64,000 nt of DNA from a candidate division WOR-3 bacterium. GTDB lineage: Bacteria > Hydrothermota > Tepidihabitantia > Tepidihabitantales > Tepidihabitantaceae. Position 1 is the first letter of the stretch. Each line of letters opens with the position of its first letter. The notes beneath the pieces were generated by a model. That model was not told where the DNA came from. It did not search any database and saw nothing but the letters and a program-made list of their open reading frames with translations. Positions 28,161-39,927 of the stretch are shown here, in pieces. Where the stretch lies: positions 139,853 to 203,852 of the forward strand of contig CBFGJT010000001.1 of assembly GCA_965649165.1 (NCBI GenBank), read 5' to 3'. Made by a program: the position numbers and the translations under genes.

Positions 28161-29931
28161 GAAGGAGAAGATTCTGCGGGGAATTCCGGTTTCCTTCGGG
28201 TTTGCCCGAGGCCCGGTATTTGTTTATCAGCCCTATCTACCGGTGATCAGTGAGCGGGTGCTGAAACCTGAGGATACCGGTCCGGAAGTGGAACGTTTTC
28301 GTCGGGCAGTCCGGAATGTGGAGGCGGAACTGCGCGAGCTCCATCAGCAGGTGACTAAGGAGATGGGCAGGGATTTTGCCGAATTTATTGAGGTTCAGCT
28401 AGCACTTCTGACCGATGAGGAAGTATTGAATGGGACCGAGTGGTACATTCGGGAGCATCTGCGCAACGCCGAATTTGCCTACAGTCAGACTCTAAAGGGG
28501 CTGACTGTGAGCGGGATGGCGGCACAAGTGCCTTTTTTCCGTGAACGATTTACGGATATGGCGGATGTTTCGGCACGGGTGCTGAGCGTGCTGCTCGGCG
28601 ATAATCTCCCCTCAATTTTCGGGGTGAAACCGGGGTCGGTGCTGGTGGCGCATCAGTTGCCACCATCAGATGCAGCACTGCTGGATCCGGCAAAGGTGGC
28701 GGGTATGGTGCTGGAAGCAGGTGGTAAGACCTCTCATACCGCTATTATGGCAAAGGCAAAGGAAATTCCGGCAGTGTTTGGCGCAGATGCAATATTGAAG
28801 ATGGTGCAGGAGGGGGATGAGATTTTTGTGGACGGGTACCGGGGGCTGGCGGTTCTCAATCCGAGTGCAAACCGGCTAAAAACCTATGAGGCCGAGATCA
28901 AGCGGGAAAAGCGGCGTCGGGTATCATTGAGGGCGCTGGTCGAGGAGGAGCCGGTAACGCTTGATGGGAAAATGATTGATCTGTCAGCCAATGTAGAATT
29001 CCTGATCGAGGCGCGGCAGGCAAAAGATAACGGGGCAAGGGGCATCGGACTTTTCCGGACCGAATATCTCTTTCTGGCACGACGCCGTCCGCCGACTGAG
29101 GAGGAGCAGTTTGAAATTTACCAGGATGTCGCAGAGCTGTTCAGGCCCTTTCCAGTAATTATCAGGACCTTTGATCTGGGCGGGGATAAGGTGATTCCCG
29201 GCTATACCGAGGCAAATCCGTTTCTGGGTTGGCGGGCGATCCGTTTCTGTCTTGATGATACCGCGCTGTTCAAAAATCAGCTGCGGGCAATTCTCCGCGC
29301 GTCTGCTGCCGGCAATGTCAAAATCATGTTTCCGATGGTGGCAACGATTGAAGAATTGCGCCGGGCAAAACTGGTACTTGAGGAGGCGATGAAGGAATTG
29401 AGGAAGGAAGGGAAGCCGTTTGATGAAAATATTGAAGTCGGGGTAATGGTTGAGATACCCTCGGCAGCAATCCTTGCCCAGCAGTTTGCCCGGGAAAGCA
29501 GGTTTCTCTCAATCGGCTCCAACGATTTGACTCAGTATACGCTGGCGGTAGACCGGGGAAATGAACGGGTGGCGAAACTGTTTGACCATTTTCATCCCGC
29601 GGTTCTGCGGCTGATGAAGAATACAGTTGATGCTGCCCACGAACAGGGGATCTGGGTTGGCATGTGCGGGGAATTTGGTGCCGATCCGCTGGGTGTGGTG
29701 CTGCTTCTGGGTATGGGAGTGGACGAAATTTCGGTTGTGCCCGGACTGCTGCCCGAGACCAAACAGGTGATCCGGTCAATTGATACCGGCGTTGCTGCCG
29801 AGGTGGCGAATCAAGCATTGAAACTTTCAACCGCACTGGAGGTGGAACGATTGCTGGAGCGGGAAGTGCATCACCGTTTTCCGAAACTAGCGCGTTCACT
29901 CCATCCGGTCAAGGGGGTAGGCGGTGAATAA
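28147..29931 (+). CDS. ptsI: PEP-protein phosphotransferase (PTS enzyme I)
   Basis: GGKTSHTAIMA phospho-His; GIGLFRTEYL; IIRTFDLGGDK; EANPFLGWRAIR; SIGSNDLTQY; MCGE. Confidence 0.95.
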   Translation: MMRVKKEKILRGIPVSFGFARGPVFVYQPYLPVISERVLKPEDTGPEVERFRRAVRNVEAELRELHQQVTKEMGRDFAEFIEVQLALLTDEEVLNGTEWYIREHLRNAEFAYSQTLKGLTVSGMAAQVPFFRERFTDMADVSARVLSVLLGDNLPSIFGVKPGSVLVAHQLPPSDAALLDPAKVAGMVLEAGGKTSHTAIMAKAKEIPAVFGADAILKMVQEGDEIFVDGYRGLAVLNPSANRLKTYEAEIKREKRRRVSLRALVEEEPVTLDGKMIDLSANVEFLIEARQAKDNGARGIGLFRTEYLFLARRRPPTEEEQFEIYQDVAELFRPFPVIIRTFDLGGDKVIPGYTEANPFLGWRAIRFCLDDTALFKNQLRAILRASAAGNVKIMFPMVATIEELRRAKLVLEEAMKELRKEGKPFDENIEVGVMVEIPSAAILAQQFARESRFLSIGSNDLTQYTLAVDRGNERVAKLFDHFHPAVLRLMKNTVDAAHEQGIWVGMCGEFGADPLGVVLLLGMGVDEISVVPGLLPETKQVIRSIDTGVAAEVANQALKLSTALEVERLLEREVHHRFPKLARSLHPVKGVGGE

Positions 29932-30940
29932 TACCGGCTATCAGCGGATGAAGGAACTTATTTGGGGGCTGCCGGAGCAGTTAAGCACAGCGTGGGAAAT
30001 TGCCACTAGTGCACCACTGTTCTCGGGATCAGAGTTTGACCAGGTCATAGTCGGGGCGATGGGTGGTTCGGCGATGGGTGCTGATATTGTCCGGAGCATA
30101 CTGGAGGCGGAGGGCGGGCGGTGGCTTACGGTTGTGCGCGATTATTCCCTGCCTGCCGGTATCTCCGATCAAACACTGGTTCTGGCAATAAGTTATTCCG
30201 GGAATACCGAGGAGACAATTGCGGTCTATGATGCGGCAGTAAAACGGCAGGCTAAAGTTGTGGTAATCACAAGCGGGGGAAAGCTGGCGGAAAAGGCGCG
30301 ACAGGGGGGTGTGCCCCTGATTCTGATTCCCGGCGGAATTCCGCCGCGGTGTGCGATCGGACTGATCACCGTGGCAATACTGGTGGTGCTGAACCGCCTT
30401 GGCCGGTTTCGCAGTTTCCGGTCGGACATCAGAGAGACCGGCAGACTGATAAGAAGAAATCTGTCCTCATGGCACCGCTGGGCGGTGCGGTTAAGCCGGA
30501 AAATCGGGGACCGGCTCATTATTGTTTATTCAACCAGCCGGCTACTGGATACTGCTGCTTACCGCCTGCAGTGTCAGCTGAATGAGAATGCCAAGATGCT
30601 GGCACACTGGGGAACATTACCGGAGGCGAGTCATAATGAGATCATGGGTTTTGGTGCGCCCGTTTTCCTTGATGGTAAGGTGACGGTGATCGCACTAGTT
30701 GATCCCACAAGCCATTCCCGGACGCTGGTCCGGCTGGACCAGATGCTGAAACTGCTCCGCGGCACGATTGCGGAGAATGTCCGGCTGGAATCAGCCGGAA
30801 GGTCTGTCTGTGCCCGGCTGTTTTCGCAGGTAGTGCGCGGCGATTTGCTCAGTATCGAACTGGCACGGCGCCGCAATATTGATCCGATGGTGATCCCGAA
30901 AATTGACCGGTTAAAGCAAGTGCTGGCGCAGAAGAGATAA
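29924..30940 (+). CDS. Bifunctional phosphoglucose/phosphomannose isomerase (SIS fold)
   Basis: MGGSAMGAD; SYSGNTEET; QLNENAK; PEASHNEIMGF. Confidence 0.85.
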   Translation: MNNTGYQRMKELIWGLPEQLSTAWEIATSAPLFSGSEFDQVIVGAMGGSAMGADIVRSILEAEGGRWLTVVRDYSLPAGISDQTLVLAISYSGNTEETIAVYDAAVKRQAKVVVITSGGKLAEKARQGGVPLILIPGGIPPRCAIGLITVAILVVLNRLGRFRSFRSDIRETGRLIRRNLSSWHRWAVRLSRKIGDRLIIVYSTSRLLDTAAYRLQCQLNENAKMLAHWGTLPEASHNEIMGFGAPVFLDGKVTVIALVDPTSHSRTLVRLDQMLKLLRGTIAENVRLESAGRSVCARLFSQVVRGDLLSIELARRRNIDPMVIPKIDRLKQVLAQKR

Positions 30941-30951
30941 CAGGAGCTGGT

Positions 30952-33080
<2,129 letters not shown>

Positions 33081-33101
33081 GCAAAGAAAAAGGAGGAGTA
33101 A

Positions 33102-34241
33102 ATGCGTAACCTAACAATCCTGGTTCTGATTCTCGGGCTCGGACTGACCGTTCTGTCCTGCGGTCCGGGCAATGTGATCAAGGTGGGCGTGGTCGCCCCG
33201 CTCACCGGTGATGTCAAGACCTTCGGCGAATCAACGGTCAACGGCATCATGCTCGCAATTGAGGAGGCGAACCGTGCCGGTGGAGTCAACGGCAAGCAGA
33301 TCAAGCTGTTTATCTCCGATGACAAGAACGACCCGACGGAGGCGGCAAACGCCGGGGGCAAGCTGATTGAGCTGGACGGGGTTAGTGCGATCATCGGTTC
33401 AGTTTCAACCAAGTGCTCCCTGCCGCTGGCGGACAAATGCCAGGTCGCACGGATTCCGATGATTACCCCGACTTCAACCAATCCCAAGGTCACCGTCACT
33501 GACGACGGCAGGCACAAGGAGTACATCTTCCGCGCCTGCTTCACCGATTCTTTCCAGGGGGTGGTGGCGGCGCGGTTTGCGATTGACAGTCTGAAGGTGA
33601 AGACCGCGGCGATCATGTTCGATGTCGGCAACGACTACTCGCGCGGGCTTGCCGACTACTTCAAGCGCTTCTTTGAGACGGCGGGCGGCAGGGTTGTAGC
33701 ATATGAATCCTATCAGAAGGATGATGTCGACTTCTCAGCGCTGCTGACCAAGATCAAGCAGCAGCAGCCGGATCTGGTATTTCTGCCTGACTACTACAAC
33801 AAGGTCGGTCTGATTGTCAAGCAGGCGTATCAGCTCGGACTGGTCACTCGCTTCCTCGGCGGTGACGGTTGGGATTCACCGGCTATGCTCGAGATTGCGG
33901 GTAAGGAGGTGGCGGGCAGTTACTTCGTCAATCACTATTCTGCCGACGACCCCAGGCCTGAGGTTCAGAACTGGGTGAACAAGTATCAGGCACGCTACGG
34001 CCAGAAGCCGGATGCCTTTGCCACCCTCGGCTATGATGCGGGACTGCTGCTGGTTGCCGCACTCAAGAATGCGCCCAATGCCAAGCCGGATGAGATCCGG
34101 GAGGCGCTGAGCAGGATCCGGGACTATCCCTGTGTCTCAGGTACCATCTCATTTGACGAGTTCGGCAATCCAATCAAACTTGCGACGATCATCCAGTATA
34201 CCGAGACCGGCCAGCGGTTTGTGACTTCGTTTGCACCGTAG
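33102..34241 (+). CDS. Branched-chain amino acid ABC substrate-binding lipoprotein (LivJ/LivK family)
   Basis: Lipobox VLSC; IKVGVVAPLTG; DDKNDPTEA; STNPKVT; FRACFTDSFQG; GGDGWDS; LGYDA. Confidence 0.88.
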   Translation: MRNLTILVLILGLGLTVLSCGPGNVIKVGVVAPLTGDVKTFGESTVNGIMLAIEEANRAGGVNGKQIKLFISDDKNDPTEAANAGGKLIELDGVSAIIGSVSTKCSLPLADKCQVARIPMITPTSTNPKVTVTDDGRHKEYIFRACFTDSFQGVVAARFAIDSLKVKTAAIMFDVGNDYSRGLADYFKRFFETAGGRVVAYESYQKDDVDFSALLTKIKQQQPDLVFLPDYYNKVGLIVKQAYQLGLVTRFLGGDGWDSPAMLEIAGKEVAGSYFVNHYSADDPRPEVQNWVNKYQARYGQKPDAFATLGYDAGLLLVAALKNAPNAKPDEIREALSRIRDYPCVSGTISFDEFGNPIKLATIIQYTETGQRFVTSFAP

Positions 34242-34270
34242 GTCAGCATCAGACTGTTACCGGTCACCGG

Positions 34271-34308
34271 ACCGGCTCCGTCAGCCCGACTGGAGCCGGT
34301 TCTTGTTT
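34271..34308 (+). terminator. Rho-independent terminator after the Liv binding-protein gene
   Basis: ACCGGCTCC-GTC-AGCCC-GAC-T-GGAGCCGGT followed by TCTTGTTT. Confidence 0.6.
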
Positions 34309-34563
34309 ACAATGCCGTGCCCGCACCGGACTGCCCGCCGGTGATCAGGGCGGAGTGGAATTGAGAACCCTCATTAGGATGGAAATCTGCTCTTACTTTA
34401 AACTGCGCTGCCACCCCGGTAATCACCGTGGGTGACCCTTTGGTGAATATGCCGGTTTTCGACTTAAGGTTACACTAATTCTAATTAGTTTATTTGGTTT
34501 ATAATTTGTTATAAGAGCCATTTGTGCAGGGGCACAGGTTTGATAACGGGGTCGCTTGGGATT

Positions 34564-35913
34564 TTATTCAATCCACTCCGCGTCCGGCAGGTTGAGTTGT
34601 TCGCGGGTGATGTTGCCGATGATGACCATCAGATATCTACCGGGGAAGAGGCGGTTGCGGGCAGCGGTATTAATTTGTTCTAGCGTGGTGGTACGGACCA
34701 GCTCCGGAAAGCGGCTGAACCAGTCCATACCGTAGCCGTAAAGTTCAAAATTGATTAGCTGTTCCAACTTGCCGGAGTTGGCGGAGTAGGTGAGTGGAAA
34801 TGAGCCGGTGAAGTAGTTTTTCGCTTTCTGTAGTTCCGACGGGGTGGCACCGGTCCGTGCCATCCGGTCAATTTCGGCAAGCATCTTCTCAATTGCAATC
34901 TGCGGTTTTGAAGTCTGGACCGTTGCTCGGAAGGCGCCGGTCATACATCGGCGGTCAAACCAGCAGCGGACATCATAGGCAAGTCCGGCATACTCCCGGA
35001 CCGCCAGACCGAGTCGGGAGGAAAGCGGGGGGCCACCAAGGATGTAGGACATAAGCCGTACCGGAATAAGATCTGGAGCCCGGGCAGAAATACCTGGATG
35101 GCCGAAATGGATATAGGTTTGGTTCATATCCGGACGAGTGATCAGTTTAACCTTTAGTTTTTCCGGTGGTGTGATTACAGGCGGTTCCGGCGCAGGTACC
35201 ACTCCCGGTTGCCAGCTGCCGAACCGGAGGGCTATTTCCGCTCTCAGTTCTCTGGGGTTTATGTCGCCGACCGCAACGATGTAGCAGTTGTTGGGCACAA
35301 AGTGGATTGAGTGAAATTGGCGCAAATCGGCAAGGGTGATTTGCGAAATGGTGCCGGTATCACCACGGGCGGGCAGGCTGTAGCGATGAGTACCAAAAAG
35401 AGTACGGTCAAACTCCAGCGTCACCAGTGAACTCGGGTTGTCGTAGGCACGGCGGGCAGCGGTGAGCAGTTCCTCTTGGACGAGACAAAATTCCGGTTCC
35501 GGAAACGCGGGATCGAGGATTGCATCGGCAAGGATGTTTAGACCGGTTTGAATGTCCTTGGACAGAAGTCGGAACTGAAGCCGAATGTGGTCATAGTCGG
35601 CATCTACCGAGTAGTTTGCACCAAGGTAGTCAAGCAGGGCGGCAAGCGAGTCGGCGGTGAAGTTTTTTGTACCGCGCAAAAGCATCCGGGCGCAGAGGCT
35701 GGCAGTGCCCGCCTTCGGAAGCGGTTCGAGCGCAGCACCGGAACGGCAGACTAGCGCCAGGTCAACGATCGGCAGGCGGTGGTCTTCAAAGGTGATGATT
35801 ACCAGACCGTTACTTAGCGAGTCGCGCTCTACCGGAAGTGATAGCAGGGGAGAAAATGCGGTTGTGAACCCGAGTAAGAGAACCAGCAGGTGTGAGTGCT
35901 GAAATAGCTTCAT
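34564..35913 (-). CDS. M16 family peptidase, non-catalytic subunit
   Basis: M16 fold (LSNGLVII; SSRLGLAVREYAGLAY); the HxxEH position is replaced (ASLCARMLLRGT). Confidence 0.85.
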   Translation of the reverse strand: MKLFQHSHLLVLLLGFTTAFSPLLSLPVERDSLSNGLVIITFEDHRLPIVDLALVCRSGAALEPLPKAGTASLCARMLLRGTKNFTADSLAALLDYLGANYSVDADYDHIRLQFRLLSKDIQTGLNILADAILDPAFPEPEFCLVQEELLTAARRAYDNPSSLVTLEFDRTLFGTHRYSLPARGDTGTISQITLADLRQFHSIHFVPNNCYIVAVGDINPRELRAEIALRFGSWQPGVVPAPEPPVITPPEKLKVKLITRPDMNQTYIHFGHPGISARAPDLIPVRLMSYILGGPPLSSRLGLAVREYAGLAYDVRCWFDRRCMTGAFRATVQTSKPQIAIEKMLAEIDRMARTGATPSELQKAKNYFTGSFPLTYSANSGKLEQLINFELYGYGMDWFSRFPELVRTTTLEQINTAARNRLFPGRYLMVIIGNITREQLNLPDAEWIE

Positions 35914-35914
35914 T

Positions 35915-37213
35915 TCACCTCCCTTTTTCCGGCAGGAGTATGCCGACGACCCGCCGGTAGTCGAGAAAATACCGCTGGCAGAACTGTTGGATCTGCACCG
36001 GCGTAGCCAGTTCTACTTTCTGCACCCAATTCAGAAATGAGCGCCATGAGCCGGTGGTGATCTGAGTGGTGGCAATGAGATAGGCGATGCCGGAGATATC
36101 ATCGCGCTCAAAGATCGAGCCGGCGATCGTCTGGTTCTTGACCCGCTGGAGTTCCAGTGTGGTTACCAATTCCGTTTTCATTTTCTCAAGTTCGCGGGCT
36201 ACCAATCGTTCAATTCTGGGGATCAGGGTTTCCGATTTCGGGCTGATCCAGAAGTACATAAGTCCGGGGTCCTTTTCTACCGAGTTCCAGACTGAAACCG
36301 AAGTGGCAAGTCCGGAGTCAAGGACAAGTGTCCGGTAGAGCCGTGAGTTTCTGCCTGAGCCGAGGATGCGGGCGGTGACATCACCGACAAAGTATAACGA
36401 GTCCCGGATCCCGGGTGTCGGGTAGCCGATGATCAGGGTAGGAACCGATACGCGTTTGCGGATGGTAATTCGGCGTTCACCCGCGGGTTCGGGTTCAAGG
36501 TTATAGTAGTCATAGCGTTTGACCGGCTTGCCTCTGATTCTGCCGAAATATTGCTGCACTTTCGCTCTGATTTCATCGGGGGTGACATCACCAGCGATTA
36601 CCAGCACTGCATGTGCTGGGCTGTAATGCTGATACCAGGCGCGGACCTTTTCTACGGTGAAATTGGTGACATCATCAGACCAGCCGATGGTCGGGTTACG
36701 ATGGGGATGGGCAAGCCAAGCGATGGCCTCAAAATTCTCCCAGAGTACCGAGCTGGGGCGATTGTCCTGAAGCCGGCGCTCTTCGGCGACAACTTGATGT
36801 TCACTTTCAAACTCTGAGTCCGGAAAGATACAGTGTCCCATCCGGGCAGCCTCCAGTTTAAGCGCCAGCTCCCAGTGCTCCTTGGCGATATCCTCATAAT
36901 AACCGGTATAGTAGGTGGAGGTGAAGCCATTGTTGAAGGCACCGACCGAGTCCAGCATCCGGTCAAAATCCCCCGGTTTGTAGATGTTGGTGTGCTTGAA
37001 ACTCATGTGTTCGAGCATGTGGGAAATGCCGGTCCAGCCCGGCGGTTCATCATAGGAGCCAACCCGGTAATAGACATTGACTGATACTACCGGGGCTGAA
37101 GTGTCAATATAGCCGATGACCTGCAGGCCATTTTTGAGCTGGAATTCAAACACCCGGGATTCCAGCGGGTCAAAGCTGGTAAGCAGGGTGAGGAGTGATA
37201 AAATGAGGTTCAT
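35915..37213 (-). CDS. M16 family zinc peptidase, catalytic subunit
   Basis: LKNGLQV; GISHMLEHMSF (HxxEH); NGFTS; EHQVVAEERR. Confidence 0.9.
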   Translation of the reverse strand: MNLILSLLTLLTSFDPLESRVFEFQLKNGLQVIGYIDTSAPVVSVNVYYRVGSYDEPPGWTGISHMLEHMSFKHTNIYKPGDFDRMLDSVGAFNNGFTSTYYTGYYEDIAKEHWELALKLEAARMGHCIFPDSEFESEHQVVAEERRLQDNRPSSVLWENFEAIAWLAHPHRNPTIGWSDDVTNFTVEKVRAWYQHYSPAHAVLVIAGDVTPDEIRAKVQQYFGRIRGKPVKRYDYYNLEPEPAGERRITIRKRVSVPTLIIGYPTPGIRDSLYFVGDVTARILGSGRNSRLYRTLVLDSGLATSVSVWNSVEKDPGLMYFWISPKSETLIPRIERLVARELEKMKTELVTTLELQRVKNQTIAGSIFERDDISGIAYLIATTQITTGSWRSFLNWVQKVELATPVQIQQFCQRYFLDYRRVVGILLPEKGR

Positions 37214-37216
37214 AAT

Positions 37217-39220
37217 CTATTCCGAAATTACCAGCCGGACCGGTGCCTGCCGGTTCAGTCGGAGGAAGTAGATCCCCGGTCTCAGGCTCCGTCCATCAGG
37301 TCCATTAAGGGTCAATGTCCGGTTCTCGCCAGTGATGGTGAAGTTTTGAACGACTCTGCCTGCGGGGTCGGTGAGTTTCAAGGTTGCCGGCTGCTGTATA
37401 GACGGGTTTGGGTAAATTACGGTGGTTGTCCGGGCAGGATTTGGAAGAATCCGCAGGAAGCGCTGATAGTCCGTCCGCCTCGGTTCAGCGGTGGCGATGC
37501 CGGTGGTGTTGGCGCCTTCAATCGCATCAAGATGAAATGCTCCGATGGCGGTGAGTCGAAGAAAACGGATACTGTCCAGGCCGGCAGAACCGATGTCGAG
37601 GTAGGTTTCGGGTGCATCGGCGGTGTCCAGCGTCGTCCACGGTCCGAGCCAGCTCTGGGCACCCTGAACCAGCGCATTGCCGGTGCCGGCTGAGCGGTAA
37701 ATCACCAGTTCACTGCCTTCACGGTTGTAAACCGGTTTTCCCATATCAAGACAGATCGTTTTCCCGTTGTCCAGAAGAAAGGCATCTTCATCATCGGGAC
37801 CAAGCGCCCGGACCGGATAGGTGCGGTGGGAGGATGGGGTGACGAAACTGTTGTAGATATGCCGGAAGGCAAAGAGCGGCGCGGCTGAATCAGGCGTGAG
37901 CCGGATTTCAAGCCAGACTGCGGAGTCACCGGTTGCGGAAACAGTGACATTTTCAATTGTGGTGTCACGATAACCCGGCGCCCGGAATGTAAGGGTATAG
38001 GTGCCGGGTAGATAGAATCGGTGAAAGTCGCCGACCGCTGGACTGTTGTAGCTGAGCCAGTTGGCGGGACGGACCCAGATTTGACAGGGCACCGGCATGC
38101 CGGTGAGCGCATCGGTGACTGTTCCGTGAATTCCCTTTCCTGCCAGATGGATGAACTCCAGTATTGCCGGCAGATTGAGATTAAAGCACGGGTCGATTTC
38201 GGATGCGGGTGGGGTTTTCTGGGGGTGGACTTCAATTGACCAGCTCATCATGCCATAGCCGTAATCAAAATCCTTGGTTGAACCGTTGATTAGATACATT
38301 GAGTCTGCACCCTGGCCATAGGTGTAATGAGTCCAGTGGTCATAGCGGGCAGATAGGAACTGGATCAGGTTCAGTTCGGGAATTGTGTTCTGATAGGAGT
38401 AGCAGTAGCTCCAGGGGTGGGAGATGAAGGTGGTGCCCGCATGATAGGAAATGATGACAACTGCAGGATTACACCATATATGAGCAAGCACCGCCTGGTT
38501 CTCCGGTTCTGAACAAGGGCTTGCCCCCTGAGAAATTTCATCCCCCCACATCCAACCCCAGTTGCGGTTCAAATCAACACTGTTGCCGTTATACCGGCTG
38601 GAACTGATATAACCGTCCGGGTTGTACATCGGCAGGAGATAAATTTCCCGGGTGTCAATCAGGCGGGTAACCAGAGTATCACTGCCGTAGTTGCGGACAA
38701 GATATTTGAGCAGCTCAAAGGTGATCGCCCAGCCGATTTTCTCATCGCCGTGAATGTTGCCTTCAAAATGAACCACAGGCTCCGGTTCATCAATCTGGGG
38801 ATTATCGGAGATTTTCATCATCAGCAGCAGATTGCCCCGGTAACTCAGACCCAAGGTTTCAAGCCGGCAGATTCCCGGATTGTTTGCCGCAATGACCGCC
38901 ATCGTATCGCAGTATTCGGCATAGGTCAAATACCGGCCATCACTTTCTTGAAAGTTGCGTTCATAAGTTCCAGTTATATCAGGTGTTATGACTTGAATCT
39001 TATAACCTTTAGCAGTCAGGAGCCGCTGCTGACCGGCGGTTGCCTCGGCAACAACGCCGGTCCGGTTGACATAATTTACCCAGGCGCCGAAGTTTTCAAT
39101 ATTCTGTACGTCATCTCTGGTGGCATTAGTAATTCGAATGAGATCCCGCGACTGTGCCGGGCTGATGTTGAAAAATGCCATAACTTCAGCAAGTATTAAA
39201 AAAACTCTACTTAATTTCAT
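37217..39220 (-). CDS. Secreted M14 zinc carboxypeptidase with a T9SS/FlgD-like C-terminal domain
   Basis: Signal peptide; IHGDE; NSVDLNRNW; SYHAG; SIEVH; C-terminus LRPGIYFLRL. Confidence 0.85.
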   Translation of the reverse strand: MKLSRVFLILAEVMAFFNISPAQSRDLIRITNATRDDVQNIENFGAWVNYVNRTGVVAEATAGQQRLLTAKGYKIQVITPDITGTYERNFQESDGRYLTYAEYCDTMAVIAANNPGICRLETLGLSYRGNLLLMMKISDNPQIDEPEPVVHFEGNIHGDEKIGWAITFELLKYLVRNYGSDTLVTRLIDTREIYLLPMYNPDGYISSSRYNGNSVDLNRNWGWMWGDEISQGASPCSEPENQAVLAHIWCNPAVVIISYHAGTTFISHPWSYCYSYQNTIPELNLIQFLSARYDHWTHYTYGQGADSMYLINGSTKDFDYGYGMMSWSIEVHPQKTPPASEIDPCFNLNLPAILEFIHLAGKGIHGTVTDALTGMPVPCQIWVRPANWLSYNSPAVGDFHRFYLPGTYTLTFRAPGYRDTTIENVTVSATGDSAVWLEIRLTPDSAAPLFAFRHIYNSFVTPSSHRTYPVRALGPDDEDAFLLDNGKTICLDMGKPVYNREGSELVIYRSAGTGNALVQGAQSWLGPWTTLDTADAPETYLDIGSAGLDSIRFLRLTAIGAFHLDAIEGANTTGIATAEPRRTDYQRFLRILPNPARTTTVIYPNPSIQQPATLKLTDPAGRVVQNFTITGENRTLTLNGPDGRSLRPGIYFLRLNRQAPVRLVISE

Positions 39221-39235
39221 TTTACTCCTCTTAAG

Positions 39236-39263
39236 AGATTAGTCAGTTATATATCAATGTCAA
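39236..39263 (-). promoter_or_regulatory. Promoter of the M14-M16-M16 operon
   Basis: TTGACA, 16 nt, TAATCT; AGAGGAG SD before ATG 39220. Confidence 0.6.
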
Positions 39264-39362
39264 AATATTCAGCAGGGAAGTTATTGACGTAACACTAAGA
39301 AATGTCGCACAATTTTTTAAAGGAAGTTCAGCCAGTTAAATAAAAGGAAATGTCGAATTATT

Positions 39363-39572
39363 ATGTGGCTGACAATGACGGCTGTTATCTTCTGGTTAGT
39401 TGTTCCTTTGGGGCTCAGCTATAGCAGCTGGGGAATTGATGATGCCGGAGAAATCCCTTGCTGGCCGCTGAATGGTGGTTATCTTACCGATTCAGTTATT
39501 GAGCTTGATGTGGTAGGCAGAAAGGTTGCCCCAGAAATGATCAATTACTCCGGAGTTTTTTATCCAATATAG
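39363..39572 (+). CDS. Short ORF with a signal-peptide-like N-terminus (possible gene remnant)
   Basis: 69 aa; AAAGGA SD-like sequence upstream; hydrophobic N-terminus; no family recognised. Confidence 0.3.
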   Translation: MWLTMTAVIFWLVVPLGLSYSSWGIDDAGEIPCWPLNGGYLTDSVIELDVVGRKVAPEMINYSGVFYPI

Positions 39573-39608
39573 CAAGAGGAAACGGGGCATCGGACACAAA
39601 ATTATAAT

Positions 39609-39894
39609 CGTGCGTTGATTCTTTTTCTGGTCGCCGAGTTTAATTTAACTTTTGCCGAATGGGAACCGGACCGGCGACTGATTGAAAATCCAGGTGTTTC
39701 ATTGGCCCCGCGAAACAGTCAGCGTTGTATTGTCAGCAAGGCATGACCGGAGCGGTGTTAATCAGATCTATTATTGGCGTTCTACCAACCGGGGGAGACC
39801 TGAGGGGAAGAGGCAATGGATTTCTGATGTCAGCGGGCGACGGTTAAATGGTACATCAACGGCTGGGAGCCGGGTTTTATTTTGTCCTGACTGA
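39609..39894 (+). pseudogene. Frameshifted, start-less remnant of a secreted BNR/Asp-box repeat protein
   Basis: Frame A RALILFLVAEFNLTFA-EWEPDRRLIENPG...RCIVSKA*; frame B HDRSGVNQIYYWRSTNRG resembles a W.D.R.GN..IYY.RSTDGG repeat. Confidence 0.45.
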
Positions 39895-39927
39895 TTTTAG
39901 CAGACAGAAGTACATAATTACCCGTCG

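Noticed and set aside
34490-34520. TTATAA-TTTG-TTATAA as a dif site or PerR box
   Set aside because: The spacer is 4 nt rather than 6 and there is no XerD-arm match. It does not fit the 7-1-7 PerR palindrome and sits between convergent genes.
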